Source: Spirochaetota bacterium
GTDB lineage: Bacteria; Spirochaetota; UBA4802; UBA5550
Assembly (NCBI GenBank): GCA_016929135.1
Contig: JAFGJK010000156.1
Location: 63,337-127,336 of the forward strand
Direction of reading: 5' to 3'
DNA length: 64,000 nucleotides
The position numbers and the translations under genes were made by a program. Below, piece after piece: positions 23,134 to 33,334 of the stretch. Positions within the stretch are counted from its first letter, which is position 1. Each line of letters begins with the position of its first letter. The notes under the pieces are model-generated. The model ran no database searches. It had not been told where the DNA came from and saw only the letters and a program-made list of their open reading frames with translations.

Positions 23134-24885
23134 TCACATCGCGTCTATCTTCGCCAGCATATCTTTCTTCATAGAATCAATCTTCGCCCGGAGCGCAGCC
23201 TGCATCTCCACGAGCGGCGCGCTCCCCACGGCATCGCGAATGCTGAAGTAGAACTTGATCTTCGGTTCAGTTCCCGAAGGCCGCACGGTGATCTTTGATT
23301 CGTCCGTCAGAAAGAACTGCAGCACGTCCGATTTCGGGAGTTCCCGTATGGGGGTCCTCTTCCGCTCGGGGAGGTGCAGGACCTCGAGGTTCTGGATATC
23401 CGCCACCCTGTCGACATCGATGCCGATGAACTGCATCGGCGGCTCATTTCTCAGCGAGGACATGATCTGCTGTATCCGATCGATCCCGTCGCGCCCCTTC
23501 AGCGTCAATGAGAGGAGGTCCTCCATATAAAGACCGTAGGTGCGGTAGATCTCCTCCAGGAAGCCTGCAAGTCGCATCCCCCTGCCGGCGAGCCAGTCTG
23601 CCATCTCGGCGAAAAAATAGCAGGAGCTGACGGCGTCCTTGTCTCTCAGAAAATCAACCGGCAGGTAGCCGTAGCTCTCCTCTCCGCCGAAGAGGAAGCG
23701 AGACCCATCCCCCTCCTCGTGCCGCTTAATCGCCGCGGCGATCCACTTGAATCCGGTGAGTACATCGTCGGTCCGGCACCCGAAGGAATCCGCGATTATC
23801 CGCTGCAGATCCGTGGTGACTATCGTCTTCACCACCACGCCGTTTTCCGGCATTCGTCCCGATTCCCTGAGGCGGGTGAGTATATAATACTCCAGCATCG
23901 TGCCGATCTGGTTGCCGTTTATGAGCACGTATTCCCCCGTCCCGTCCTTGAATCCCACCCCCATCCGGTCGGCGTCGGGATCGGTGGCCAGGATAAGGTC
24001 TGCATCGATCCTCCTTGCAAGATCCAGGGAGAGGGCCAGTGCCTCCTTCTCCTCCGGGTTCGGGTACTTCACGGTGGGGAAGGAGCCGTCGGGCCTGGAC
24101 TGCTCCTCGACCGCCGAGACACGGCCGAAACCGAAATGCGAGAGGACCTCCGGGATGATCCTGTACCCCGTGCCGTGCAGCGGCGTATACACGATGGACA
24201 CGGTCGAGTCACCGACCGGACGATGCGTATATCTCTCGAGCCGGGCTATGTATTTTTCCGTTATATCGTGCCCCAGCACCGTGATAAGCCCGGATTTCAC
24301 GGCGTCGTCGAAGTCGGTCCGCCTGATCGAGCCGACATCGTCCACACGCTTCACCTCGTCTATGATGTTCGCATCGTGAGGGGGGATCACCTGGCCGCCG
24401 TCGTCCCAGTAGACCTTGTAGCCGTTGTAGTCCGAGGGATTGTGGCTCGCCGTGACAACCACGCCGGAAATCGCCCCCAGCTCCCGCACCGCGAAGGATG
24501 CGATGGGGGTCGGGGTGATGTCCTCGAAGATATAGACCCTGATTCCATTGCCGGCAAGAACCTCGGCGGTGATGTGGGCAAATAGGTCCGACATTCTCCT
24601 GGAATCCCTGGCGATCACGACCCCCCTGGGAGCACCCTCCGCCTTCAGTATATAGTTGGCGAGTCCCTGCGTCGCCATTCCCACCGTGTAGAGGTTCATG
24701 CGGTTGGTCCCCGCCCCGATGATCCCCCTGAGTCCGCCGGTACCGAACTCCAATGTCTGGAAAAACCTGTCCTCCAGCTCTTTCTCGTCACCGGACCTCA
24801 CGAGGCCCTCTATCTCCTCTATGGTCTCCCTGTCGTAGGGGCCCTTCGTCCATTCATCGATGCGTTTACGTATCAGATCGTTCAT
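23134..24885 (-). CDS. pgm: Phosphoglucomutase / phospho-sugar mutase
   Basis: LEFGTGGLRG, TASHNP, DPDADR, GGEESYG, RPSGTEPKIKFY; start MNDLIRK preceded by GGAGG. Confidence 0.9.
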   Translation of the reverse strand: MNDLIRKRIDEWTKGPYDRETIEEIEGLVRSGDEKELEDRFFQTLEFGTGGLRGIIGAGTNRMNLYTVGMATQGLANYILKAEGAPRGVVIARDSRRMSDLFAHITAEVLAGNGIRVYIFEDITPTPIASFAVRELGAISGVVVTASHNPSDYNGYKVYWDDGGQVIPPHDANIIDEVKRVDDVGSIRRTDFDDAVKSGLITVLGHDITEKYIARLERYTHRPVGDSTVSIVYTPLHGTGYRIIPEVLSHFGFGRVSAVEEQSRPDGSFPTVKYPNPEEKEALALSLDLARRIDADLILATDPDADRMGVGFKDGTGEYVLINGNQIGTMLEYYILTRLRESGRMPENGVVVKTIVTTDLQRIIADSFGCRTDDVLTGFKWIAAAIKRHEEGDGSRFLFGGEESYGYLPVDFLRDKDAVSSCYFFAEMADWLAGRGMRLAGFLEEIYRTYGLYMEDLLSLTLKGRDGIDRIQQIMSSLRNEPPMQFIGIDVDRVADIQNLEVLHLPERKRTPIRELPKSDVLQFFLTDESKITVRPSGTEPKIKFYFSIRDAVGSAPLVEMQAALRAKIDSMKKDMLAKIDAM

Positions 24886-25033
24886 GACGCCTCCCGCCAC
24901 TCCCAGGCCTACCGCCAAGCGAAATAAAAATGTTGCTACCGCCGCGCGGAGGTATATGATTGGCACAGAAGGTGGATATTTGCAATCCTTTTTGAAAAAA
25001 TTAATCCCGGTGATGGGCTCCATCAGGTGATTC

Positions 25034-26488
25034 ATGAAACCTCAGGATGTGCAGCGAAGAGTACTGTCCTTCATGAAATCCAACGGCCTGGTGGCAGCCG
25101 GTGCTCGGCTGCTCCTCTCGGTCTCAGCCGGAAAGGACTCCATGGCCATGGTACATCTGCTCTCCGGAATGGCGAAGGGCCTTGATATAACCCTCTCCCT
25201 GTTCCACCTGAACCACATGGCCAGGGGGGCCGAATCAGACGGGGACGAGGCATTCCTGAGGGGACTAACGGAGACGATGGGGATGCGTCTCCACGCTGAA
25301 CGCTTCGATGTCAGATACCTGAGGCCCAAGGGAGTCTCCTTTGAGGAGCATGCGCGGGAGGTGCGATACCGTATGCTGCAGGAGACCGCCGCACGGGAAG
25401 GGTACACCCTGATCGCCACCGCCCATACCAGGAGCGACGACATCGAAACCATGCTGATGCGGCTTTTTACCGGCACCGGCATCCACGGCCTCACGGGCAT
25501 ACCGGCCAGGCGGGGCAACATCATCAGGCCGCTCCTCTGCCTCTGCTCAGAGGATGTGCGGGCGTACCTGGAGGGACAGGAGATTCCCTGGCGCGACGAC
25601 AGCACGAACGCAGATCCGATGTACACCAGAAACTATATCCGACACGAGCTGGTGCCGCGCATTGCCGCCGTCTTTCCGGGTTTCCGGGAGGCTATGACGG
25701 GAACGAAGCATATCGCCCGGGAGACGCTCATTCTTTTGGATTCCCTGATCGTGCGGGATCTGGGGCTAGATATGCAGTGCGACGGACAATCCTTCGAGGC
25801 GGAGGCGGCGCCGCTCTGCGCCGACAGGGCACTCTTTCACCACGTGATCGCCGCGGCGCTGAGACGGGGCTTCGGCCAGTTCCCCTCCAGGAGGCGGCTC
25901 GATGAGATCTGGCGACGCGCCACTTCACAAAAATCGAACCTCCTGCTCTACGAAAACGCCGGGGTGGTGATCAGAAAAACATACCGGAAGGGGAGGGGGG
26001 TCATCACCATGGAGCGGCCGCTGCCGCGGCCCCTTCAGACGGCCTGGGAATATCCGGTGCGATTCGATCCCTCCGGGAAATGCACGGTATTCATCAGGGA
26101 GCTGGGATTACGCGTCTCCCTCTCCTTCAGGGACCACGCATCCTTCCTGGAGGAGTACCGCAGGGGCGGCATCGTGTTCGTACAGGTCCCCGACGAGAAG
26201 GCCTCGATCACCATCAGGAACAGACGCTATGGAGACCGTATCGCCCTCGAATCGGGCACGAAAAAAATTAAGGATTTTTTTATCGAAAAGAAACTTGACA
26301 ATGAAATGAAGCCTTGTGTTCCTCTCCTTATTGTGGATGACGAGATAGCCGCAGTTATGCCGGGGTTCCTGTGTGAGATGACGAATCGCGTCTCCCGCCT
26401 CTTTTCGGTACGGGATAATTCGAAAAAAGTCCTTGCTATTGCGTTGAAAAATCATTACACTATGAATACGAATACGACCTTGCCATGA
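25034..26488 (+). CDS. tilS: tRNA(Ile)-lysidine synthetase
   Basis: SAGKDS PP-loop, AREVRY, ATAHT..D..ET, IRPLL, RNYIRH, C-terminal KKIKDFFIEKK. Confidence 0.93.
   Translation: MKPQDVQRRVLSFMKSNGLVAAGARLLLSVSAGKDSMAMVHLLSGMAKGLDITLSLFHLNHMARGAESDGDEAFLRGLTETMGMRLHAERFDVRYLRPKGVSFEEHAREVRYRMLQETAAREGYTLIATAHTRSDDIETMLMRLFTGTGIHGLTGIPARRGNIIRPLLCLCSEDVRAYLEGQEIPWRDDSTNADPMYTRNYIRHELVPRIAAVFPGFREAMTGTKHIARETLILLDSLIVRDLGLDMQCDGQSFEAEAAPLCADRALFHHVIAAALRRGFGQFPSRRRLDEIWRRATSQKSNLLLYENAGVVIRKTYRKGRGVITMERPLPRPLQTAWEYPVRFDPSGKCTVFIRELGLRVSLSFRDHASFLEEYRRGGIVFVQVPDEKASITIRNRRYGDRIALESGTKKIKDFFIEKKLDNEMKPCVPLLIVDDEIAAVMPGFLCEMTNRVSRLFSVRDNSKKVLAIALKNHYTMNTNTTLP
26433..26461 (+). promoter_or_regulatory. 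Sigma70-type promoter for ftsH inside the tilS 3' end
   Basis: TTGCTA-17 nt-TACACT, ~90 nt upstream of the ftsH ATG. Confidence 0.5.
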
Positions 26489-26552
26489 CCCCCGTGCCGG
26501 AGACTATCAGTGGACAGTTGTATTTTTTGATGATGCCAACGAGGAGTGATGC

Positions 26553-28499
26553 ATGAATAAAACGGCCAAACAGATAGCACTCATAATGCTTATCTTTATT
26601 CTTATAATCGCGATCTTCCGCCTGAAGCAGCCCGACGAGGAGAACAGGGCGATACAGTACAGCGAGTTCATCAAGCGTGTAAAGAGCAAGGAGATCGACA
26701 AGATCACCATCGAAAACGGGAAGCGCATTCTGATCTATTCCAAGGACAGGAAAATACAGAAGGTGCAGAACCCCTTCACCAAGTCGGTATCGACGAAGGA
26801 CGATCCAGACGCGGAGACCATTATCCCCTACGAAGACCCGGAGCTGATCAGGATGCTGGTATCCAACGGCATAAGCGTCGAGGGGCGCGAGGACGACGAC
26901 AACACAATCCTTAAACACGTCCTGAGCTTCCTCCCCTGGATCTTCTTCTTCGGGATAATATGGTTTATCATGATACGGCAGATCCAGTCAACCGGGAACA
27001 AGGCCCTCTCCTTCGGCAAGAGCCGTGCGAAGCTGAATCCTGAATCCAAGACGAAGGTAACCTTCCAGGATGTCGCCGGCGTGGAGGAGGCGAAGGAGGA
27101 GCTGAACGAGGTGGTGGAATTCCTTAAGGAGCCGAAGAAGTTTATCAACATCGGCGCGAAGATACCCAAGGGTGTGCTCCTTATTGGGCCTCCCGGTACC
27201 GGCAAGACCCTGCTGGCCAGGGCGATCGCGGGAGAGGCGGGGGTGCCCTTCTTCTCAATCAGCGGATCTGATTTCGTGGAGATGTTCGTCGGCGTCGGCG
27301 CCTCCAGGGTGCGCGACCTCTTCGACCAGGGGAAGAAGAACGCTCCCTGCATCATCTTCATCGACGAGATCGATGCCGTTGGCCGCCTCAGGGGTGCTGG
27401 CCTCGGCGGCGGACACGACGAACGCGAACAGACCCTGAACCAGCTCCTCGTGGAGATGGACGGGTTCGAGACCAACGAGGGGGTCATCATCATCGCCGCC
27501 ACGAACAGGCCTGACGTTCTCGACCCGGCGCTGCTTCGCCCGGGCCGTTTCGATCGCCAGGTTGTGGTCGACATTCCCGACGTAAAGGGGAGGGAAAAAA
27601 TCCTGGCGGTCCATTCGAAGAAGATACCGCTCTCCAGGGACGTTGATCTCTCGATGATCGCGCGGGGCACGCCGGGATTCACCGGCGCGGACCTGGCGAA
27701 CCTGGTGAATGAAGGGGCGCTCCTGGCGGCCCGCCGGGGCAAAAAGCGGGTCACCATGCTGGAGATGGAGGACGCCAAGGACAAGGTGATGATGGGCCCT
27801 GAGCGCCGCTCCATGCTGATATCGGAGCAGGAGAAGGAGGTGATCGCATACCACGAATCGGGGCACACGATCCTGGGATTCCTCACCGGCGCGGACCCGG
27901 TGCACAAGGTCACTATTATCCCGCGGGGCAGGGCGCTGGGCCTCACCATGCAGATACCTGCCGAGGACCGGCACATCCACTCATTCCAGTACTGGCTGAA
28001 CCAGATCGTGAACCTCTTCGGCGGTCACATCGCGGAGGAGATCAAGTTCAAGGAGGTATCAACCGGCTCGAGCAACGACCTCTCCAGGGCATCGGACATC
28101 GCCAGAAAAATGGTCTGCGAGTGGGGGATGAGCAAGAAGCTGGGGCCGATAACCTTTGGCAAGAAAAACGAACAGATCTTCCTGGGACGCGAGATATCGC
28201 AGCACCGGGACTACAGCGAAAATACCGCGAAGATGATCGATGACGAGGTCAGCTCCATAATTGAAAACTGCAGGAAGGAAGCCGTCCGCCTCCTGAAAAC
28301 GAACATGGACAAGTTTGAAAACATGGCTAAGTATCTCATGGAGCGGGAGACGCTGAATTCGACGGAAATCACCTTGATAATGAACGGGGAGAAGCTGCCG
28401 CCGATACAGATGGCGACGGGGGACAAAAACGGAAGAACCAGGGTCGAGGGGAAGAAGGAGCTGAAGTCGAAGGAGCCGATCACTGCGGAAGAGGTGTAA
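26553..28499 (+). CDS. ftsH: ATP-dependent zinc metalloprotease FtsH
   Basis: Two TM segments, [28 protein letters not shown]. Confidence 0.98.
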   Translation: MNKTAKQIALIMLIFILIIAIFRLKQPDEENRAIQYSEFIKRVKSKEIDKITIENGKRILIYSKDRKIQKVQNPFTKSVSTKDDPDAETIIPYEDPELIRMLVSNGISVEGREDDDNTILKHVLSFLPWIFFFGIIWFIMIRQIQSTGNKALSFGKSRAKLNPESKTKVTFQDVAGVEEAKEELNEVVEFLKEPKKFINIGAKIPKGVLLIGPPGTGKTLLARAIAGEAGVPFFSISGSDFVEMFVGVGASRVRDLFDQGKKNAPCIIFIDEIDAVGRLRGAGLGGGHDEREQTLNQLLVEMDGFETNEGVIIIAATNRPDVLDPALLRPGRFDRQVVVDIPDVKGREKILAVHSKKIPLSRDVDLSMIARGTPGFTGADLANLVNEGALLAARRGKKRVTMLEMEDAKDKVMMGPERRSMLISEQEKEVIAYHESGHTILGFLTGADPVHKVTIIPRGRALGLTMQIPAEDRHIHSFQYWLNQIVNLFGGHIAEEIKFKEVSTGSSNDLSRASDIARKMVCEWGMSKKLGPITFGKKNEQIFLGREISQHRDYSENTAKMIDDEVSSIIENCRKEAVRLLKTNMDKFENMAKYLMERETLNSTEITLIMNGEKLPPIQMATGDKNGRTRVEGKKELKSKEPITAEEV

Positions 28500-28529
28500 T
28501 CTTCGAAATCAACAAGCGGCAGGGACCGA

Positions 28530-29516
28530 ATGGACGATATCGATGCGCTTCTCAGCAACGTTGACGATGCGGACACCCATGACTACGAGAGGATAATCAG
28601 GGAGGGTATCGCTTCCGAGGGAGAAGACCATCCATCGCCGCCGGAGGCCACGCCTGCCGCAGAGGGGAGCGATGGCACACCGGCTGCGGGACAGGAGCCG
28701 CCGGATGCAATAACAGAAGAGCTGCCGGCGGCTGCCGAGCCGATCCCGACGGCCGTGCCGGAAGCCGTTGAGCCGGAATCCGGACAGGTCCAGGACATCC
28801 CCTGGAGCGTGCGCGGCACGAGGCCCTGGAACACCAGGGAACCCTACATCCTGCCGCTTACACCAGAATATCTTCAGAGGGAAAAGAAATACCTGCGATC
28901 CTCCTTCTACTTCATCAAGGAGTGGACGGGAGACGATGCCCTGAAGGAGGCCATCAGGGAACACCTCCTGCAGTTCATACGAAAACCCTCGCAGACCATT
29001 CAGCCGGAACTGGAGCACTTCATCTATACCACGCTGATCGACGAAAACCAGAAGGTCCTGTCCCTGTTCCAGTTCACCGGAGAAACGGGACACCTCTTTT
29101 TATACCACTGCGGCCCCATGACCGTCTACAGGATGATCCTGTCGCTGCTGCAGCACAGGAAGTGCGGATACTGTTACCGCCTCGAGCCGGGGAACAGATC
29201 AGTCCGTTTCTTCCCGGAGGAATTCATCAAGGAGAAGGTCCTCGGCTGGTTCGAGGAAAACATCAACAAACTGAACCTCCCCTTCGACAGCATCCAGCAC
29301 CTCAACGACATCAAGAACACCGTGGCCAAGAAGTATTCAATCGACGTAAGGCGATTCAATCATACGGTCGAACAGATCAACATGAAGCTCGGACAGGACA
29401 AGCGCATCAACAGGGACAAGCTGCTCAGCCACAAGGGTGAGGAGTTGTTCGGGCTCTCTGCAATCGAGGTATACAAGCGTTTCATCGAACGCACCATCTT
29501 TCACCGCGCCCAGTGA
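28530..29516 (+). CDS. Hypothetical protein with acidic/Pro-rich N-terminus
   Basis: 328-aa ORF with host-like codon usage directly after ftsH. Confidence 0.7.
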   Translation: MDDIDALLSNVDDADTHDYERIIREGIASEGEDHPSPPEATPAAEGSDGTPAAGQEPPDAITEELPAAAEPIPTAVPEAVEPESGQVQDIPWSVRGTRPWNTREPYILPLTPEYLQREKKYLRSSFYFIKEWTGDDALKEAIREHLLQFIRKPSQTIQPELEHFIYTTLIDENQKVLSLFQFTGETGHLFLYHCGPMTVYRMILSLLQHRKCGYCYRLEPGNRSVRFFPEEFIKEKVLGWFEENINKLNLPFDSIQHLNDIKNTVAKKYSIDVRRFNHTVEQINMKLGQDKRINRDKLLSHKGEELFGLSAIEVYKRFIERTIFHRAQ

Positions 29517-29554
29517 ACGTACCAGCGTAGAAACCCTGTCGGAGGCTGCTTCAG

Positions 29555-31648
29555 CTATGTCAGGAGGGAGAGTATTCTCTTCATCCTCATGCCCTTGAGC
29601 GCCGAGGAGCCGCTCTCCATCCCGCGGAGCATCTCCTCCGCATCACCGTTGAACGCCGCTGCCGCCGCCTCCTCCCTGGCGCTGACGATGAGATCGTAAT
29701 CCCTGCCGAGATCGGCGAATTCAAAGCCGCTCTCCCTGCCGTGCTGCCGCACGCCGAGAAATTCGCCGGCCCCGCGGATCTTCAGGTCTTCCTCGGCGAT
29801 GATGAAACCGTCATCATTGGCAACGAGTATGTCGATCCTCCTTCTTGCATCTTCCTGTATGTCGTCAGGATAGATCAGCACGCAGAACGACTGGTGCGAT
29901 CCCCGTCCCACCCTGCCGCGGAGCTGATGGAGCTGCGAGAGTCCGAAGCGCTCGGCATGCTCGATGACAATCACCGCCGCGTTGGCCACGTCTATCCCCA
30001 CTTCGATCACGGTCGTCGTGACCAGTATATCGGTGGTCCCCCCGGTGAACCCCTCCATGATCCTGTCCTTCTCCTCCTGTTTCATCCTGCCGTGCAGGAG
30101 GGCTATCCGCCGCTTCGGGAATATCTCACTGGTCATCCGCCCGTAGACCTCCTTCGCCGACTTCAGGTCCACCCTCTCGGATTCCTCGATAAGCGGCAGC
30201 ACGTAGTAGATCTGGCGCCCCTGGTCGATATAGCGGTCGATGGAACGGTACACACCGGGAAGCCGAGATTCAGGAAATGACATGGTCTTCACCGGAATCC
30301 GGTTTGCGGGCTTCTGACGGATCACCGACAGATCCAGATCGCCGTATATTGTCAGCGACAGCGATCGTGGTATGGGGGTTGCGGTCATCACCAGCAGATC
30401 TGAAAAACTCCCCTTGTCCCGCAGTGCCGCCCTCTGAACGACCCCGAACCGGTGCTGCTCGTCGATGATAATCAGCCCCAGATTCCTGAACTCCACGCCC
30501 CCCTGGATGAGAGCATGGGTCCCCACCACAAGGCCGATGCTCCCCTCGGCGAGTCCGCGGTACACGCGGTTCCGTTCATCGGCATCGGTGCTCCCCGTCA
30601 GGATCGCGATGGGCACATCCCCCCCCAGGATTTCACGGGCCGTTGCATAATGCTGCGATGCCAGGATCTCCGTGGGGGCCATCAGTGCCGCCTGGTGACC
30701 GCGCCCCATGGCGATGCATACAGCCAGAAGCGCAACAACCGTCTTTCCGGAGCCCACGTCCCCCTGGAGCATGCGGTTCATGGGAACCGGAGAGCACATG
30801 TCGCCCCGGACCTCCTCAATCGCCTTCCTCTGATCCTCCGTCAGTGAAAAGGGGAGCCGACGCACCACAGATTCGAAGATCCCTGTCTCGGTTGTGATCG
30901 TCCGTATGCCGGCCTCTTCACTTGCGGCACGGCGGCTCAGGGTGAGATAAAACTGCAGGAAGAACAGCTCGTTGAAGGCGATCCTCCTTCTGGCAGATTC
31001 AACCATGTCGATACTCTCGGGGAAATGTATCGACACCAGTGCGTCCCGGAGGCCCATCAGATTATGTCGTATCAATAGCGACGGTTCCAGAGGTTCGATT
31101 ATCGAATCCGCACACAGGTCGATGGCCTGACGGATGATCCTCCTGAACCCCCTGGAATCGAATCCCGCGGCACCGAGGGACTCAGAGGATCGGTAGAGTG
31201 GGACAATCCTGCCGGTGTTTATCGCGCTGATGGAGGAGGTGTTCGAGGCGGCATCAAAAAAATCAAAATCGGGGTGCACCATCTGCTTCGTCTTGTAGAA
31301 GGATATCTTACCTGAGAAACAGACCTGGTCCCCCTCGTTGAACAGCCTCTGGAAATACTGGACCCCGCCGAAGAAGATGCCAGTTATGGTATCGGTGCCA
31401 TCATCAACGGTGACCTCCATGAACCTCCGGCTCCTCCCCGCAACGCGTGTATTCCGGACGGTGCCGATGACGGTCACCGCCTCGTTCACGAAACAATCGC
31501 TGATGGACTTTATCGATGACCTGTCCAGGTATCTCCTGGGCCTGAAGTAGAAGAGATCCTCTATGGTCTCGATCCCCACCTCCTGTGCCAGTACCGAGGC
31601 CCGCTTCGGGCCTATCCCCTTCAGTTTGCCGACACTCTCCTGCAGCAC
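29555..31648 (-). CDS. recG: ATP-dependent DNA helicase RecG
   Basis: LKGIGP, QGDVGSGKT, DEQHRFG, MTATPIPRSL, LHQLRGRVGRG. Confidence 0.97.
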   Translation of the reverse strand: MLQESVGKLKGIGPKRASVLAQEVGIETIEDLFYFRPRRYLDRSSIKSISDCFVNEAVTVIGTVRNTRVAGRSRRFMEVTVDDGTDTITGIFFGGVQYFQRLFNEGDQVCFSGKISFYKTKQMVHPDFDFFDAASNTSSISAINTGRIVPLYRSSESLGAAGFDSRGFRRIIRQAIDLCADSIIEPLEPSLLIRHNLMGLRDALVSIHFPESIDMVESARRRIAFNELFFLQFYLTLSRRAASEEAGIRTITTETGIFESVVRRLPFSLTEDQRKAIEEVRGDMCSPVPMNRMLQGDVGSGKTVVALLAVCIAMGRGHQAALMAPTEILASQHYATAREILGGDVPIAILTGSTDADERNRVYRGLAEGSIGLVVGTHALIQGGVEFRNLGLIIIDEQHRFGVVQRAALRDKGSFSDLLVMTATPIPRSLSLTIYGDLDLSVIRQKPANRIPVKTMSFPESRLPGVYRSIDRYIDQGRQIYYVLPLIEESERVDLKSAKEVYGRMTSEIFPKRRIALLHGRMKQEEKDRIMEGFTGGTTDILVTTTVIEVGIDVANAAVIVIEHAERFGLSQLHQLRGRVGRGSHQSFCVLIYPDDIQEDARRRIDILVANDDGFIIAEEDLKIRGAGEFLGVRQHGRESGFEFADLGRDYDLIVSAREEAAAAAFNGDAEEMLRGMESGSSALKGMRMKRILSLLT

Positions 31649-31981
31649 CTATTCCTCTTCAGCGATGTACCATACCGAATCCGGGATCTGGACATACTTG
31701 TGGTCTTTCGTATAGAAATAGGTGTAATGACGATCCGCGCTCCCCACCTTCGATCTGCCGGTGGTGATCTTCTGGACATGTGTCCACCGCTTGATAATCC
31801 TGCCGTCGTATCCGAAGACGGTGACGGTGAGATTCATGCCAGTAATCGCGTCGATCTTTCTTCGGAATATGTTCCGCTGCTCGTAGGTGAAAAAATACCG
31901 CAGGTACACCGCCAGTGAAATAATCGCGAGGACCGTCACAAGAGCGAGGGTGATTTTTATTTTTGTTTTCCCTTCCATCAT
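31649..31981 (-). CDS. Small hypothetical protein with an N-terminal membrane anchor
   Basis: 110 aa; stop abuts the recG GTG; upstream TTGACA-17-TAGGGT on the minus strand at ~32020-32048. Confidence 0.7.
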   Translation of the reverse strand: MMEGKTKIKITLALVTVLAIISLAVYLRYFFTYEQRNIFRRKIDAITGMNLTVTVFGYDGRIIKRWTHVQKITTGRSKVGSADRHYTYFYTKDHKYVQIPDSVWYIAEEE

Positions 31982-32052
31982 GGGTACCCCTTGTCATCGG
32001 CAGTGATTGATTCACTGCCACCCTACCAGATTTTTCACGACCTGTCAAGCGC

Positions 32053-32790
32053 TCATTTCCCGCCGCACACGCTGCACTTCGGATTCCTGCTGATGGCCAC
32101 GGTATCGAATCTCATGTCCTGGCCGTCCCAGAAGAGCATCCTGTTCCGCAGGGTTGAACCGATACCCGTCAGGAACTTGATCGCCTCCAGCGCCTGAAGC
32201 GAACCGATCACACCGGCAGTGGCCCCTACCACGGGGATCTTCCTCCCCGAGCGTTTCATGCGTCCCGGCAGGATGCAGGCGAGGCAGGGGGTATCGGGAG
32301 GGGTGAAGAATGATATCTGCCCCCTCATCGCCTCAATCCCCCCGTGAAGGAGGGGGAGTGAATGCCTCACTGCGTATTCATTGACGATGAGCCTCGTTTG
32401 AAAATTATCCAGACAATCGATTATAATATCGGGAGCGCCGATGATGGATGACATGTTGCGAGACGTAATCCGCGTGCATATCGCCCTGATGGCGACGTAG
32501 GGATTCGTCTCTGCCAGCCGCCGCGCCGCCGAATCCACCTTCGGCGTCCCCAGTGTCGAGAAGGAGTGTACGATCTGCCGGTTCAGGTTGCTCAGCACGA
32601 CCGTATCGCTGTCGCATATTACCAGATTGCCGATACCGGCAGCGGCGAGATAGGCGATTACGGGGCTTCCCAGTCCCCCGGCCCCGGCGATGAAGACTGT
32701 CGACCGGCAAAGTTTTTCCTGCGCCTCAGTCCCCCAGGACGGCATCAGCATCTGCCTCTGATATAGCTCCCGTTCCTTTTTCGTCAGCAT
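32053..32790 (-). CDS. HesA/MoeB/ThiF family adenylyltransferase
   Basis: YQRQ, GAGGLGS, SNLNRQ, DCLDN, CLAC and CSVC zinc motifs. Confidence 0.92.
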   Translation of the reverse strand: MLTKKERELYQRQMLMPSWGTEAQEKLCRSTVFIAGAGGLGSPVIAYLAAAGIGNLVICDSDTVVLSNLNRQIVHSFSTLGTPKVDSAARRLAETNPYVAIRAICTRITSRNMSSIIGAPDIIIDCLDNFQTRLIVNEYAVRHSLPLLHGGIEAMRGQISFFTPPDTPCLACILPGRMKRSGRKIPVVGATAGVIGSLQALEAIKFLTGIGSTLRNRMLFWDGQDMRFDTVAISRNPKCSVCGGK

Positions 32791-32893
32791 ATTACAGACC
32801 AGCAGTGGAGTGGCATAGAGGAAGTGCCATGAGGAATCACAGTGTATTAACCATATAAAAAGGGGCGAAATCCAGAAATCACGCCCCGGCATG

Positions 32894-32975
32894 TGGTGAG
32901 GGATGGATTCGAACCATCGAAGGCTTCGCCGGCAGATTTACAGTCTGCTCCCTTTGGCCGCTCGGGAACCTCACC
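32894..32975 (-). tRNA. tRNA-Tyr(GTA)
   Basis: GGTGAGGTTCCCGAGCGGCCAAAGGGAGCAGACTGTAAATCTGCCGGCGAAGCCTTCGATGGTTCGAATCCATCCCTCACCA, long variable arm. Confidence 0.97.
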
Positions 32976-32978
32976 GTT

Positions 32979-33051
32979 AGCTGGCGAGAGGACTTGAACC
33001 CCCAACAAGCTGATTACAAATCAGCTGCTCTACCGATTGAGCTACGCCAGC
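32979..33051 (-). tRNA. tRNA-Thr(TGT)
   Basis: GCTGGCGTAGCTCAATCGGTAGAGCAGCTGATTTGTAATCAGCTTGTTGGGGGTTCAAGTCCTCTCGCCAGCT. Confidence 0.96.
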
Positions 33052-33334
33052 GGCTGCATAGTGTCTCCTTATTGAACGGGGGCGGGATCGTGTCAACGAT
33101 TTTTTTCACGGAAATCCCAACTTTGTGGCATAAAATATTGTCATATTTGAAGATCAAGTGAGGTATTACTACTTGACGTCTGTCATTAACTATCATTGTG
33201 TGATATTTTCTTGACAGATGATGTTTATTTTAATATTCATGAAGAGGATTTCAGATTCTGTGATAAAAATACGGAAACCGACCTTCTTATAGAAGAGATA
33301 CTACACTCTGGATTAATAATCGGAACACAGTACG

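Noticed and set aside
24961..24976. Sigma54 promoter TGGCAC upstream of tilS
   Set aside because: The -12 position reads GG, not GC; a sigma70-like TTGCTA-16-TATGAT lies just upstream.
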